Shown: positions 56,200 to 64,000 of the stretch, one piece after another | Numbering within the stretch: position 1 is the first letter of the stretch | Layout of the letters: every line of letters starts with the position of its first letter | NCBI GenBank assembly: GCA_964502835.1 | Contig: CAZCYF010000001.1 | Location: 6,666-70,665, forward strand | Direction of reading: 5' to 3' | Length of the DNA stretch: 64,000 nucleotides | From: an uncultured Halobacteriales archaeon | GTDB taxonomy: Archaea; Halobacteriota; Halobacteria; Halobacteriales; SKSH01 | Translations under genes and position numbers: made by a program | Notes under the pieces: generated by a model | The model's input: only the letters and a program-made list of their open reading frames with translations | What the model was told of the DNA's origin: nothing | Database searches by the model: none

Positions 56200-56245
56200 C
56201 TCCCCCGGCCGAAACGCTTTGGTCGGTCTCCACGGCCTAGCCAGT

Positions 56246-57826
56246 ATGCCCATCCACGCCGACCGACTGTTGGTCAATGCGGAGGTCCATTCGATGGCTG
56301 GGGATTCGGCCGATGCAGACGCCATCGCGATCGCCGAGGGTTGCATTCGACGCGTCGGAAGCGAGCGACACGTCCGTCGACTGGAGGGCGTCGAAACCGA
56401 CGTCATCGACTGCGGCGGGCGGGTGATCGTCCCGGGGTTCATCGACGCACACACCCACCTGCTCAGCGTCGGACGCCACGAGGTCCACGCCGACTTGTCC
56501 GACGCCACGAGTCGACAGGACGCCCTCGACCGGCTCGCGACGGAGGCGAAGACGAGCGACGACTGGATCCTCGGGTTCGGCTACGACGAGAGCATGTGGG
56601 ACGACGACCGGCTGTTGACCCGTGAAGACCTCGACGAGGTCAGCGATGATCGGCCGGTGGCCGCCATCCGCGTCGACATGCACACCGCGTCGATCAACAC
56701 CGAGGCCCTTGACCGACTCGAGGAGGAGCTACCCGAGGAGGACCTCGAGAGTGAGGATGGTCGTCCCAGCGGAGTGATCGTCGAGGAGGCGGTCGGGACG
56801 GTTCGTGATGCGACGACGGACACCCCGGAGGCGGCCCGCGAACTCGTGATCGCCGCGCGTGATCGAGCCCTGCAACGGGGGATCACCTGCATTCACGACA
56901 TGGTTCGCCAGTCGCCGGCACCACGGATTTACCGTGATCTGGACGAAGAGGATCGGCTCCATCTCCGGGTGAGGGTGAACTACTGGAGCGACCACTTTGC
57001 TGCCGTGCGTGAAACGGGGCTGCGGACCAATCACGGCAGCGAGATGGTGCAAGCCGGTGCGATCAAGTCCTTCACCGACGGCGCGATTGGTGGACGGACG
57101 GCCAGGGTGTCCGAGCCGTTCGCCGACGGCGACGGGTGCGGGCAATGGGTTGTCGAGCCCGAAGTGGTCCATGATCTCGTCGAACGCGTCGACGACGAGG
57201 ACCTCCAGCTCACGTTACATGCGATCGGCGACGAGGCCATCGACGTGGCCATCGATGACCTCGCCGATACCGCCGACCCCGAGGGGAGTCGCCATCGCAT
57301 CGAACACCTCGAACTCGCGCGCGACGAACACATCGACCGACTTGCCGAGGTGGGCCTCGTGGCCTCGATGCAACCGAACTTCCTCAAGTGGGCCGAGCCC
57401 GAGGGCCTGTACGACCGTCGACTCGGCGAGTCACGGAGCCGCTCGAGCAACCGCCTCCGCGAGCTCGTCGACGCCGGGGTCCACCTCGCGTTCGGCAGTG
57501 ACTGCATGCCAATGGACCCTCTCGTGGGGATCCACTGGGCGGTCAACGCGAGAGACCCCGCGCAACGACTCACCGTGGACGAAGCGGTCCAGGCGTACAC
57601 CCACGGAGCCGCCTACGCCGGGTTCGACGAGCACCGCCTCGGCTCGATCGAGTCCGGCAAACGCGCCGACGTGGTGATCCTCGAGCGCTCGCCCTGGGAG
57701 CACCAGCACGCGATCGACGACATCGACGTCTGGCGCACCCTCGTCGACGGCCGGATCGTCCATCCCACAGCGAGCCGCACCCGGGACGAACGCTCGGTAC
57801 CTCGCACGCGCTCACCCTCCGATTGA
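56246..57826 (+). CDS. Metal-dependent amidohydrolase (amidohydrolase-3 / TIM-barrel family)
   Basis: N-terminal GRVIVPGFIDAHTHL metal-binding motif, HAIGD, and a C-terminal GKRADVV segment. The ATG at 56246 is preferred over the TTG at 56219. Confidence 0.8.
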   Translation: MPIHADRLLVNAEVHSMAGDSADADAIAIAEGCIRRVGSERHVRRLEGVETDVIDCGGRVIVPGFIDAHTHLLSVGRHEVHADLSDATSRQDALDRLATEAKTSDDWILGFGYDESMWDDDRLLTREDLDEVSDDRPVAAIRVDMHTASINTEALDRLEEELPEEDLESEDGRPSGVIVEEAVGTVRDATTDTPEAARELVIAARDRALQRGITCIHDMVRQSPAPRIYRDLDEEDRLHLRVRVNYWSDHFAAVRETGLRTNHGSEMVQAGAIKSFTDGAIGGRTARVSEPFADGDGCGQWVVEPEVVHDLVERVDDEDLQLTLHAIGDEAIDVAIDDLADTADPEGSRHRIEHLELARDEHIDRLAEVGLVASMQPNFLKWAEPEGLYDRRLGESRSRSSNRLRELVDAGVHLAFGSDCMPMDPLVGIHWAVNARDPAQRLTVDEAVQAYTHGAAYAGFDEHRLGSIESGKRADVVILERSPWEHQHAIDDIDVWRTLVDGRIVHPTASRTRDERSVPRTRSPSD

Positions 57827-57911
57827 ACACGGTCGACCGGATCGCACCGTGGTGCGGACTCGCCCGTGCCTCATCTCGATAGAGACGGGCCCGGGCGACC
57901 GGACAGGCTGG

Positions 57912-59465
57912 TCACTCGTCGTCGAGGAGATCGCGGCCGGTCATCGCCTCCGGAACGGAAAGCCCGAGTCGGACCAACAGCGTTGGTGCCACGTCCGCGA
58001 GGGTTCCCCCCTGCCGAATCCGCACGGGGGGACGGTCATCACCTGGGCGAAGGTAGATCAGCGGGACGGGATTGGTCGTGTGGGCCGTGTGGGGGTCATC
58101 CGGCGTGCCCATGTCGTCGACGTTGCCGTGGTCGGCGATCACGAACACGTGAGCGTCTGCGAGCGCGTCGAGCAAGCGGCTGAGTTCGTCGTCGACGGCC
58201 TCCACGGCGGCGACGGCAGCGGAGAAGTCGCCGGTATGGCCGACCATGTCCGGGTTCGCGTAGTTCAACACCAGCACATCGGGATCCTCGGCGTCGATGA
58301 TCGCCACCGCCCGATCCGTCACTGCGGTCGCGCTCATCTCGGGTTGGCGGTCGTACGTGGCGACGTCCGGACTTGGGACGATTTCGCGACGTTCCCCCGG
58401 ATACTGCCGCTCGCGCCCGCCATTGATGAAATAGGTGACGTGGGGGTATTTTTCAGATTCAGCGATACGAAGCTGGGTCAGCCCCGCAGCAGCGATCTCG
58501 GCACCGAGCGTCGTGTCCGGGACGATGGGCTCGAACGCAACGGGGAGGTCGAAGGTCTCGTCATACGTCGTCATCGTGGCGAGATGCACGTCCGGCGGGT
58601 CGAGATCGAACGGCCAGGTGGGCTGGATGTCGCCGAGCAGACGGGTGAGCTGACGGGCTCGGTCGGCCCGGAAGTTGGCCATGAAGACCGCGTCGCCGTC
58701 CTCGACGGTGGGCGTCGCTCGAACCCGGGTCGGGGCGATGAACTCGTCGGATTCGCCCACGGCATAGGCCCGATCGATCGCCGCCGTCGGGTGGGCGACG
58801 ACGCGTGTCGCGGTCCCGTTGACCATCGCCTCATACGCCCGCCGGGTACGTTCCCAGTTGGTATCGCGATCCATGGCGAGGTACCGACCCGTTACAGTGG
58901 CCACCGACGCGTGCGGACGGCCATCGAGTCGTCGAGCGAGGGATCCGAGAATGCGCGCCGCACATCGTGGCGGCGTGTCCCGACCGTCGGTTACGACGTG
59001 CACGGCCGTCTCAACGCCAGCCGATGTGGCGATATCGACGAGCGCCTCGATGTGCGCCGCCTCAGCGTGCACGCCCCCATCGCTGAGCAATCCCCACACG
59101 TGCAACCGTGAATCGTGGTCGCCGGCGTGGGCGAGCCAGTCGGCGATGGCTGGGACCGTCTCCAGGGCGTCCGATCGCACGGCGCGATCGATGCGGGTCA
59201 GTGGTTGGTCGATCGCCGTCCCGGCACCGATGGTGAGGTGGCCGACGGCACTGTTGCCCATGCGCCCGTCGGGCAGGCCGACGGACGGGCCATCCGCCCG
59301 AAGGTGGCAAACGGTGCCTCGTTCGAGGAGTGCGTCGTAGGTCGGTGTCGACGCGGCGGCAATCGCATCCCGGCCCGAATCGGCGTCACGGTCGGGCGCG
59401 TCGCTCGCCACGGGCCAGTAGCGATTGATGCCCCAGCCGTCGAGGATGACGAGCGCGACCTCCAT
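57912..59465 (-). CDS. gpmI: 2,3-bisphosphoglycerate-independent phosphoglycerate mutase
   Basis: ILDGWG, MGNSAVGHLTIGAG, LLSDGGVH and ADHGN motifs. About 517 aa. Confidence 0.9.
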   Translation of the reverse strand: MEVALVILDGWGINRYWPVASDAPDRDADSGRDAIAAASTPTYDALLERGTVCHLRADGPSVGLPDGRMGNSAVGHLTIGAGTAIDQPLTRIDRAVRSDALETVPAIADWLAHAGDHDSRLHVWGLLSDGGVHAEAAHIEALVDIATSAGVETAVHVVTDGRDTPPRCAARILGSLARRLDGRPHASVATVTGRYLAMDRDTNWERTRRAYEAMVNGTATRVVAHPTAAIDRAYAVGESDEFIAPTRVRATPTVEDGDAVFMANFRADRARQLTRLLGDIQPTWPFDLDPPDVHLATMTTYDETFDLPVAFEPIVPDTTLGAEIAAAGLTQLRIAESEKYPHVTYFINGGRERQYPGERREIVPSPDVATYDRQPEMSATAVTDRAVAIIDAEDPDVLVLNYANPDMVGHTGDFSAAVAAVEAVDDELSRLLDALADAHVFVIADHGNVDDMGTPDDPHTAHTTNPVPLIYLRPGDDRPPVRIRQGGTLADVAPTLLVRLGLSVPEAMTGRDLLDDE

Positions 59466-59537
59466 GGTTCGGCCATGAGCGGGTGCGGGTAACTAGGCTT
59501 CGACGCAACGATACCGTGACACGATAAGGCATAACAG

Positions 59538-59565
59538 ATATTTAGGTGCCTCCGAAAGGTGCCTC
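59538..59565 (+). promoter_or_regulatory. TATA-like element followed by a 9-nt direct repeat upstream of livH
   Basis: ATATTTA (59538-59544) is followed by AGGTGCCTC at 59544-59552 and again at 59557-59565. The livH ATG is at 59579. Confidence 0.35.
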
Positions 59566-59578
59566 AGGGACGTAGAGA

Positions 59579-61009
59579 ATGGTAGATGCGGGGGTCTTAC
59601 ACTGGGTGGTCAGCGGGATCGTGACCGGGAGTTATATCGCCCTGGGGGCGATCGGCTTGGGGCTCGTGTACAACATCTCGAAGGTGCCGAATTTTGCCCA
59701 TGGGGAGCTGCTCACGCTGGGGGCGTACTTCGCGCTCTGGATCAACCTCCCGTGGACGGTGCCGATACTCGACCAGCTGACATCGGGACCTGGCGATATC
59801 GGGCTAATCCTCATGGCCGTGATGTTCGCGATCACCACCATCGCTGCCCTCAGCATCGTCTATTTGCTTGGCGGGCGATACGCCCTCGCTGGCCGCTACT
59901 GGCCGGTGGACGTACCGCCACCCGTGGGCTATGGGGCTCATCTGCTCGGGGCGGGCTTGCTCGGTGTGTTCGTCGCAGCCACGGCGCCGAGTCTGTTGGC
60001 CGGCGCCGTCTTTGCCGGCTTGGTCATGGGGGCCGTGACGCCGCTGCTCGACCGGTACCTCTTCGATCGGTTCCGGTCGGCCGGAGCGTCGCTCGCGACC
60101 ATGTTGATCGTGACCCTTGGCCTCGCGTTTTTCCTTCGATATGGCGCACAAGCGTACTACACGAGTGAAGTCAGGCAGTTCGAATATCCCGGTGAACTCT
60201 CCCTGATGGGATTTAACATCGATTATACCACGTTCAAGGCCTTCGACCTCTTCCTGACCGACAACGGCCTCGTGGTGCGCATCGTCGATCGGGGTCCCGA
60301 CGTCACCCTCGCCGTGTTCCAGTACTCCTGGCTGATGTTGCTGCTTCTGGTCGGTGGGACGATCGCGTTGACCTACGGGGCGTACCGCTGGCGGGGTCGG
60401 GGCATCAAGGAGTTCGAGTCGGCCCAGACCATCGGTCCCCGCCTCGTTGCCGGGTTCGTGGGCCTCCTCTCGGTGGTCGTCCTCGGGGTCGTCCTCGCCA
60501 GCGATGGGTCGGTGCCGTCAGACCATATCGTCGCCACACAGATTCGGACGAGTTACTTCCGCATCGGCGTGATCGTCCTCGCTGCCGTGGCGATGCTCGG
60601 GTTGCACCTCCTCCTTCGCGAGACCAAACTCGGGAAGGCAATGCGGGCCTCGGCGGACAACCTCGATCTCGCCGAGGTGACCGGAATCGACACGAGTCGG
60701 GTGATGATGACGACCTGGGTTATCGCGGGTGCCTTCGCCGCCGTCGCAGGCGTTGTTATCGGTGCACTGTTTTACGGGATCCGACCGCTCATGGGCTTCT
60801 TCCAGTTGTTGCCCATGTTCGCGGCGGTCATCCTCGGTGGGCTCCGGTCCATCTATGGAGCGATCGTGGGGAGCTATGTGGTTGGCATCGCCATGGAGGC
60901 GGGGATCTTATCGCTCAGTCTGAACGGCCGCCATCGGGTGACCATCGCCTTCGTCGTGTTGCTGATCGTGTTGCTGGCGAAGCCCGAAGGTATCGTGGGG
61001 GGGAAGTAA
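59579..61009 (+). CDS. livH: Branched-chain amino acid (HAAT family) ABC transporter permease, LivH-like, enlarged
   Basis: Conserved N-terminus (GSYIALGAIGLGLVYNISKVPNFAHGEL) and C-terminal half (LGKAMRASADNLDLAEVTGI...GGLRSIYGAIVGS). At 476 aa it is much longer than the roughly 300 aa I recall for the family. Confidence 0.8.
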   Translation: MVDAGVLHWVVSGIVTGSYIALGAIGLGLVYNISKVPNFAHGELLTLGAYFALWINLPWTVPILDQLTSGPGDIGLILMAVMFAITTIAALSIVYLLGGRYALAGRYWPVDVPPPVGYGAHLLGAGLLGVFVAATAPSLLAGAVFAGLVMGAVTPLLDRYLFDRFRSAGASLATMLIVTLGLAFFLRYGAQAYYTSEVRQFEYPGELSLMGFNIDYTTFKAFDLFLTDNGLVVRIVDRGPDVTLAVFQYSWLMLLLLVGGTIALTYGAYRWRGRGIKEFESAQTIGPRLVAGFVGLLSVVVLGVVLASDGSVPSDHIVATQIRTSYFRIGVIVLAAVAMLGLHLLLRETKLGKAMRASADNLDLAEVTGIDTSRVMMTTWVIAGAFAAVAGVVIGALFYGIRPLMGFFQLLPMFAAVILGGLRSIYGAIVGSYVVGIAMEAGILSLSLNGRHRVTIAFVVLLIVLLAKPEGIVGGK

Positions 61010-61010
61010 C

Positions 61011-62801
61011 ATGTCCGCCACGGGGACGTTGATCAGCATCGTCACGTTCGTTGGGATTTACGGGCTCCTGGCGGTCGGTCTGAACGTCAAATTCGGCACG
61101 ACCGGCATCCTCGACTTCGGCCACGTCGCCTACTACCTCATCGGGGCCTACACCGTGGCCCTGATCACGGCACCACCCGCAGCCACCCAGCAGTTCCAGG
61201 AGTACATCCTCGGGCTCAACCTCCCCACCCACATCAACGAGCTCGTCCAAGGCGTCATCGGGACCGAGTTTTTGCTCGCGAGCGGGCTTGGCTGGGTCGT
61301 CGCGATCGGGATGGCCATGGCTGTCGCCGGGTTCCTCGGACTCGTGGTGGCGTTACCAGCCATCCGGCTGCGAGCGGATTACCTCGCGATTGCCCTCCTC
61401 GGCGTGTCGGTTATTCTCATGCGGGTCGTCCAGACCCCGCCGCGCGACGTCCCGCTCGTCAACGGACCGGACACGATGCGGGGCTTCTCCAGACCGTTCA
61501 ACGATCTGTTCCCGCTCCCCGGCGATGACCTCAGCGGAGCGATCCTGCTCGGCCTCGTGGTGATGCTTGTCTGGTTCCTCCTGTTTTGGCTCGTCATCAG
61601 GGAGCGCTCGGTCGCTCCCGGTCGCCAGCTCGAATCGCGCCTCAATCAGGCACTGCTCGGAATCACGACCCTTGGTGTCGGCTACTGGGGGATCGCGCGG
61701 TCACGGGCTCGGCGGGACGACTCAACCCAATCGACCGTCGGACCCCAGTTCTATCCGCGGACCCTCCTCCCGGCCGTGGCTGCAGCGGCTGCGTTGGGAC
61801 TCGTCGCCGTGGCCGGGGCCGTGGCCGGTCTCGGTCAGACGATCGTGCTCGTCATGCTCGGTGCGGCCTCGGCGGCCGTCTGGGTCGTCGCGTGGATTAA
61901 ACTCCGCAATCACTACCACGAGTACACGTGGCGAAGTGCCCTCGGTGGCCTCGGTATCGTTGTCGGGGTGCTCATCGCGCTGGCGCCGGCGTACATGTAT
62001 GGCTCGGAGGGGGGTGCCATCGGCTACGGGGCCTCCGCACTCACGTTCGTGCTCCTCGTCCTGTTTGGCGTCGCGCTGTACAACGTCGGATCGGTCCTCA
62101 ATCGATACGACGTGCCCGGCACCCGCCTTGGCATCCTCGGCATCGCAACCGTCTGGCTCATCTCGATCCGGTATTTCATCGTCTCGCTGGAAGGAGCCGG
62201 TGGCCTGTCCGGTATCGTCCAGTCAACGCAGGAGAACCTGTTCTGGCTCGTCGACTTCGGCGGGCGGAGTGGAACCGTGCTCGACTATGACCGGTTCCTC
62301 CTGATTCTCGTCATCGGGAGTCTGGCGTTGATGTTCGTGCTCGTCCAGCTCGTGCAACATTCGCCCCACGGGCGGGTCCTGAAAGCGGTGCGTGACGACG
62401 AAAACGTCGCGAAGGCCCTTGGAAAGAACTCCTTCCTGTTCAAGGTCCAGGCGATGGCCGTCGGGAGTGCGATTGCCGGGTTGGCCGGCGCCATGTGGGC
62501 GATCCAGGCCAGAGCACTGAGCTACAACATGTTCCACCCCCGAATCACCTTCTTCGTCTTCCTCGCGGTGATCCTCGGCGGCCGGGGTAACCACAAGGGT
62601 GCGATCCTCGGAGCCGGTATGTACTGGTTGCTCGTGCAGGCCACCTCCGAGCTAGCGGCCATGTTCCCCGGCACGATCGGCGATCGGATGACCATCCTTC
62701 GCAACGCCATCATCGGACTCATGATCATCGCGCTGCTGTACTACCGTCCGGAAGGGATCTGGAAGGAGAAACCCCCGTATTTCGAGGTGAACGGCCAATG
62801 A
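61011..62801 (+). CDS. livM: Branched-chain amino acid (HAAT family) ABC transporter permease, LivM-like, enlarged
   Basis: Conserved ends (YGLLAVGLNVKFGTTGILDFGHVAYY and SPHGRVLKAVRDDENVAKALGKN...GGRGNHKGAILGA). A hydrophobic central insertion of about 230 aa is present. 596 aa in total. Confidence 0.8.
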   Translation: MSATGTLISIVTFVGIYGLLAVGLNVKFGTTGILDFGHVAYYLIGAYTVALITAPPAATQQFQEYILGLNLPTHINELVQGVIGTEFLLASGLGWVVAIGMAMAVAGFLGLVVALPAIRLRADYLAIALLGVSVILMRVVQTPPRDVPLVNGPDTMRGFSRPFNDLFPLPGDDLSGAILLGLVVMLVWFLLFWLVIRERSVAPGRQLESRLNQALLGITTLGVGYWGIARSRARRDDSTQSTVGPQFYPRTLLPAVAAAAALGLVAVAGAVAGLGQTIVLVMLGAASAAVWVVAWIKLRNHYHEYTWRSALGGLGIVVGVLIALAPAYMYGSEGGAIGYGASALTFVLLVLFGVALYNVGSVLNRYDVPGTRLGILGIATVWLISIRYFIVSLEGAGGLSGIVQSTQENLFWLVDFGGRSGTVLDYDRFLLILVIGSLALMFVLVQLVQHSPHGRVLKAVRDDENVAKALGKNSFLFKVQAMAVGSAIAGLAGAMWAIQARALSYNMFHPRITFFVFLAVILGGRGNHKGAILGAGMYWLLVQATSELAAMFPGTIGDRMTILRNAIIGLMIIALLYYRPEGIWKEKPPYFEVNGQ

Positions 62802-63772
62802 GCGGTGATTCGATTCTCCAGGTGAGAGACCTCCGAAAGACCTTCGGCGGTATCGTCGCCGTCGACGGTGCCACCTTCGATCTGCAACGGGGCGAGATCA
62901 CGGGCCTGATCGGACCGAACGGTGCGGGAAAGACGACGACCTTCAACCTCCTGAGCGGCTTTATGCGTCCGGACAGCGGCCAGATTCGATTCAAGGGCCA
63001 ACAGCTCCATGAGTACATGTATCCAAGCACGGCCGAACGCCGTATCTGGGCGCTCGCTGCCGGGGGAACCGCCGGCTTGATCGGCGGGGCGATCGGCGGG
63101 GCAATCGCGCCGACTGTCGCCGTCACGGCGGGTGGTGGAGCCGTCGGTGCGGTCGCGGGTGCCGGCATGTACTACGGCCAGCAATCCGTCCGTGAACGGT
63201 TCCTCGAAGAACGGCCGAGTCGGCCCTTCGCCCTGACGAAGGCCGGCCTGTCGCGGACGTTCCAGATCACGCGCGAACTCGGCGAGATGACCGTCCTCGA
63301 GAACCTCATGCTCGGTCCCCAGGGCCAGCGCGGAGAGCGCCTGCTCACCGTCTGGTTGTCACCGGGAACCGTCAGAGGCGACGAGGAGGAAGTTCGCGAG
63401 CGCGCGGTTGAGGTGCTCGAGCTGCTCGATTTGGAGCATCTCGCGAACGACTATGCCGCGAACCTCAGCGGTGGTCAGCGAAAACTCCTGGAGCTCGGCC
63501 GCGTGCTGATGACCGACCCCGAGGTGATCCTGCTCGACGAGCCGGTCGCCGGGGTCAACCCGTCCCTCCAGCGCAACCTCCTCGACCGGATCGAGCAACT
63601 CCGCGATGAGGGGTACTCCTTCTGTGTCGTCGAACACGACATGGACGTGATTATGACGATCAGCGACACGGTGATCGTGATGGATCAGGGAGACGTCCTG
63701 GTGCAGGGGCCGCCCGAGGCCGTGATGGAAGACGACCGCGTCATCGACGCCTATCTCGGGGGCGAAACATGA
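62798..63772 (+). CDS. livG: Branched-chain amino acid ABC transporter ATP-binding protein, LivG-like, with a glycine-rich hydrophobic insertion
   Basis: Walker A GPNGAGKTT, Q-loop RTFQ, signature LSGGQRKL, Walker B ILLDEPVAG, H-loop VEHDM. An extra segment of about 65 aa lies between Walker A and the Q-loop (nt about 63008-63226). Confidence 0.85.
   Translation: MSGDSILQVRDLRKTFGGIVAVDGATFDLQRGEITGLIGPNGAGKTTTFNLLSGFMRPDSGQIRFKGQQLHEYMYPSTAERRIWALAAGGTAGLIGGAIGGAIAPTVAVTAGGGAVGAVAGAGMYYGQQSVRERFLEERPSRPFALTKAGLSRTFQITRELGEMTVLENLMLGPQGQRGERLLTVWLSPGTVRGDEEEVRERAVEVLELLDLEHLANDYAANLSGGQRKLLELGRVLMTDPEVILLDEPVAGVNPSLQRNLLDRIEQLRDEGYSFCVVEHDMDVIMTISDTVIVMDQGDVLVQGPPEAVMEDDRVIDAYLGGET
63079..63102 (+). 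repeat. Perfect tandem duplication of the 12-mer GATCGGCGGGGC inside livG
   Basis: Read directly at 63079-63090 and 63091-63102. It spans the two consecutive IGGA tetrapeptides of the insertion, offset by 1 nt from the reading frame. Confidence 0.9.
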
Positions 63773-64000
63773 CGCTGCTCGAGGCCAATGACGTCGAAAG
63801 CGGCTATGGAGACGCTCAAATCCTGTATGGCGTCTCGATCGAGGTCGAGGAGGACGAGATTGTCTCCATCATCGGACCGAACGGCGCCGGCAAGTCGACG
63901 TTGATGAAGGCGCTGTTCGGCCTGATCGACTGTTGGGATGGGGAGGTCATCTTCGAGGGTGAGGAGATCACCGACCTCGAACCCCACGAGGTGACCCTGA
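63769..64000 (+). CDS. livF: Branched-chain amino acid ABC transporter ATP-binding protein, LivF-like (3'-partial, runs off the window)
   Basis: The ATG at 63769 overlaps the livG stop (ATGA). My translation reads MTLLEANDVESGYGDAQILYGVSIEVEEDEIVSIIGPNGAGKSTLMKALFG..., which includes Walker A. It is absent from the ORF track because no stop occurs before the window end. Confidence 0.8.
   Translation, partial: MTLLEANDVESGYGDAQILYGVSIEVEEDEIVSIIGPNGAGKSTLMKALFGLIDCWDGEVIFEGEEITDLEPHEVTL

Larger units (their letters stand above)
56131..56200. promoter_or_regulatory. AT-rich divergent promoter/operator region between the metal ABC operon and the amidohydrolase gene
   Basis: A 70-nt stretch that is overwhelmingly A/T in an otherwise GC-rich window. 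It contains several TATA-like elements, a 5-1-5 palindrome and a duplicated 12-mer. Confidence 0.55.

Noticed and set aside
57843-57885. Palindrome CGCACC-GT-GGTGCG and a CCCGT...ACGGG hairpin between the convergent amidohydrolase and gpmI genes, considered as a bidirectional terminator
   Set aside because: The first element has only a 2-nt centre, so it cannot form a stable RNA hairpin. The second has a 5-bp stem with an irregular interior and no adjacent T-tract, which is the usual haloarchaeal termination signal. The evidence is too weak to call.
1-64000. Search for CRISPR arrays, IS elements, integrases, prophage or defence-system genes
   Set aside because: No regularly spaced repeats, no transposase or integrase-like translations in any frame of the track, and no compositional island other than the 70-nt promoter region at 56131-56200. 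The window reads as core chromosome.

Overview
This is a GC-rich, gene-dense chromosomal segment. The acidic predicted proteins, a twin-arginine lipoprotein signal, a split nuoJ, nuoEFG-less complex I and a SAMP-type modifier point to a haloarchaeon (class Halobacteria). I call about 64 protein-coding genes, almost all housekeeping. They include riboflavin/FAD genes (ribH, ribL), purK-purE, and a 12-gene nuoA-B-CD-H-I-J1-J2-K-L-M-N operon. There is also a split methylmalonyl-CoA mutase set (large subunit, MeaB, B12 subunit), pyrG, GMP synthase subunit B, thrS, gatD, map, icd, hmgA and gpmI. Transporters comprise a Zn/Mn-type metal ABC importer, two ABC-2 exporters and a LivHMGF-type ABC importer. 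I found no rRNA, tRNA, CRISPR array, transposase, integrase or other mobile-element signature. Many ORFs in the supplied track are antisense or out-of-frame shadows typical of high-GC DNA, and several track ORFs carry false N-terminal extensions, which I trimmed to internal ATGs checked in the nucleotide sequence. I see no convincing self-contained novel system such as a defence island. The observations most worth a second look are listed here:
- An atypically enlarged Liv-type transporter in which the ATPase LivG itself carries a roughly 65-residue glycine-rich hydrophobic insertion.
- A sharply AT-rich divergent control region with a duplicated 12-mer at the metal-uptake operon.
- An eRF1/Vms1-like release-factor homologue with a GGFSQ loop.
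- A translationally coupled DUF1611 plus enolase-superfamily epimerase pair.
- A tandem pair of membrane RCK_C (TrkA-C) proteins.
- A CBS-ParB/Srx fusion next to a DHH/DHHA1 phosphoesterase placed directly after nuoN.

All family assignments come from motif reading and memory of the families. No searches were run.
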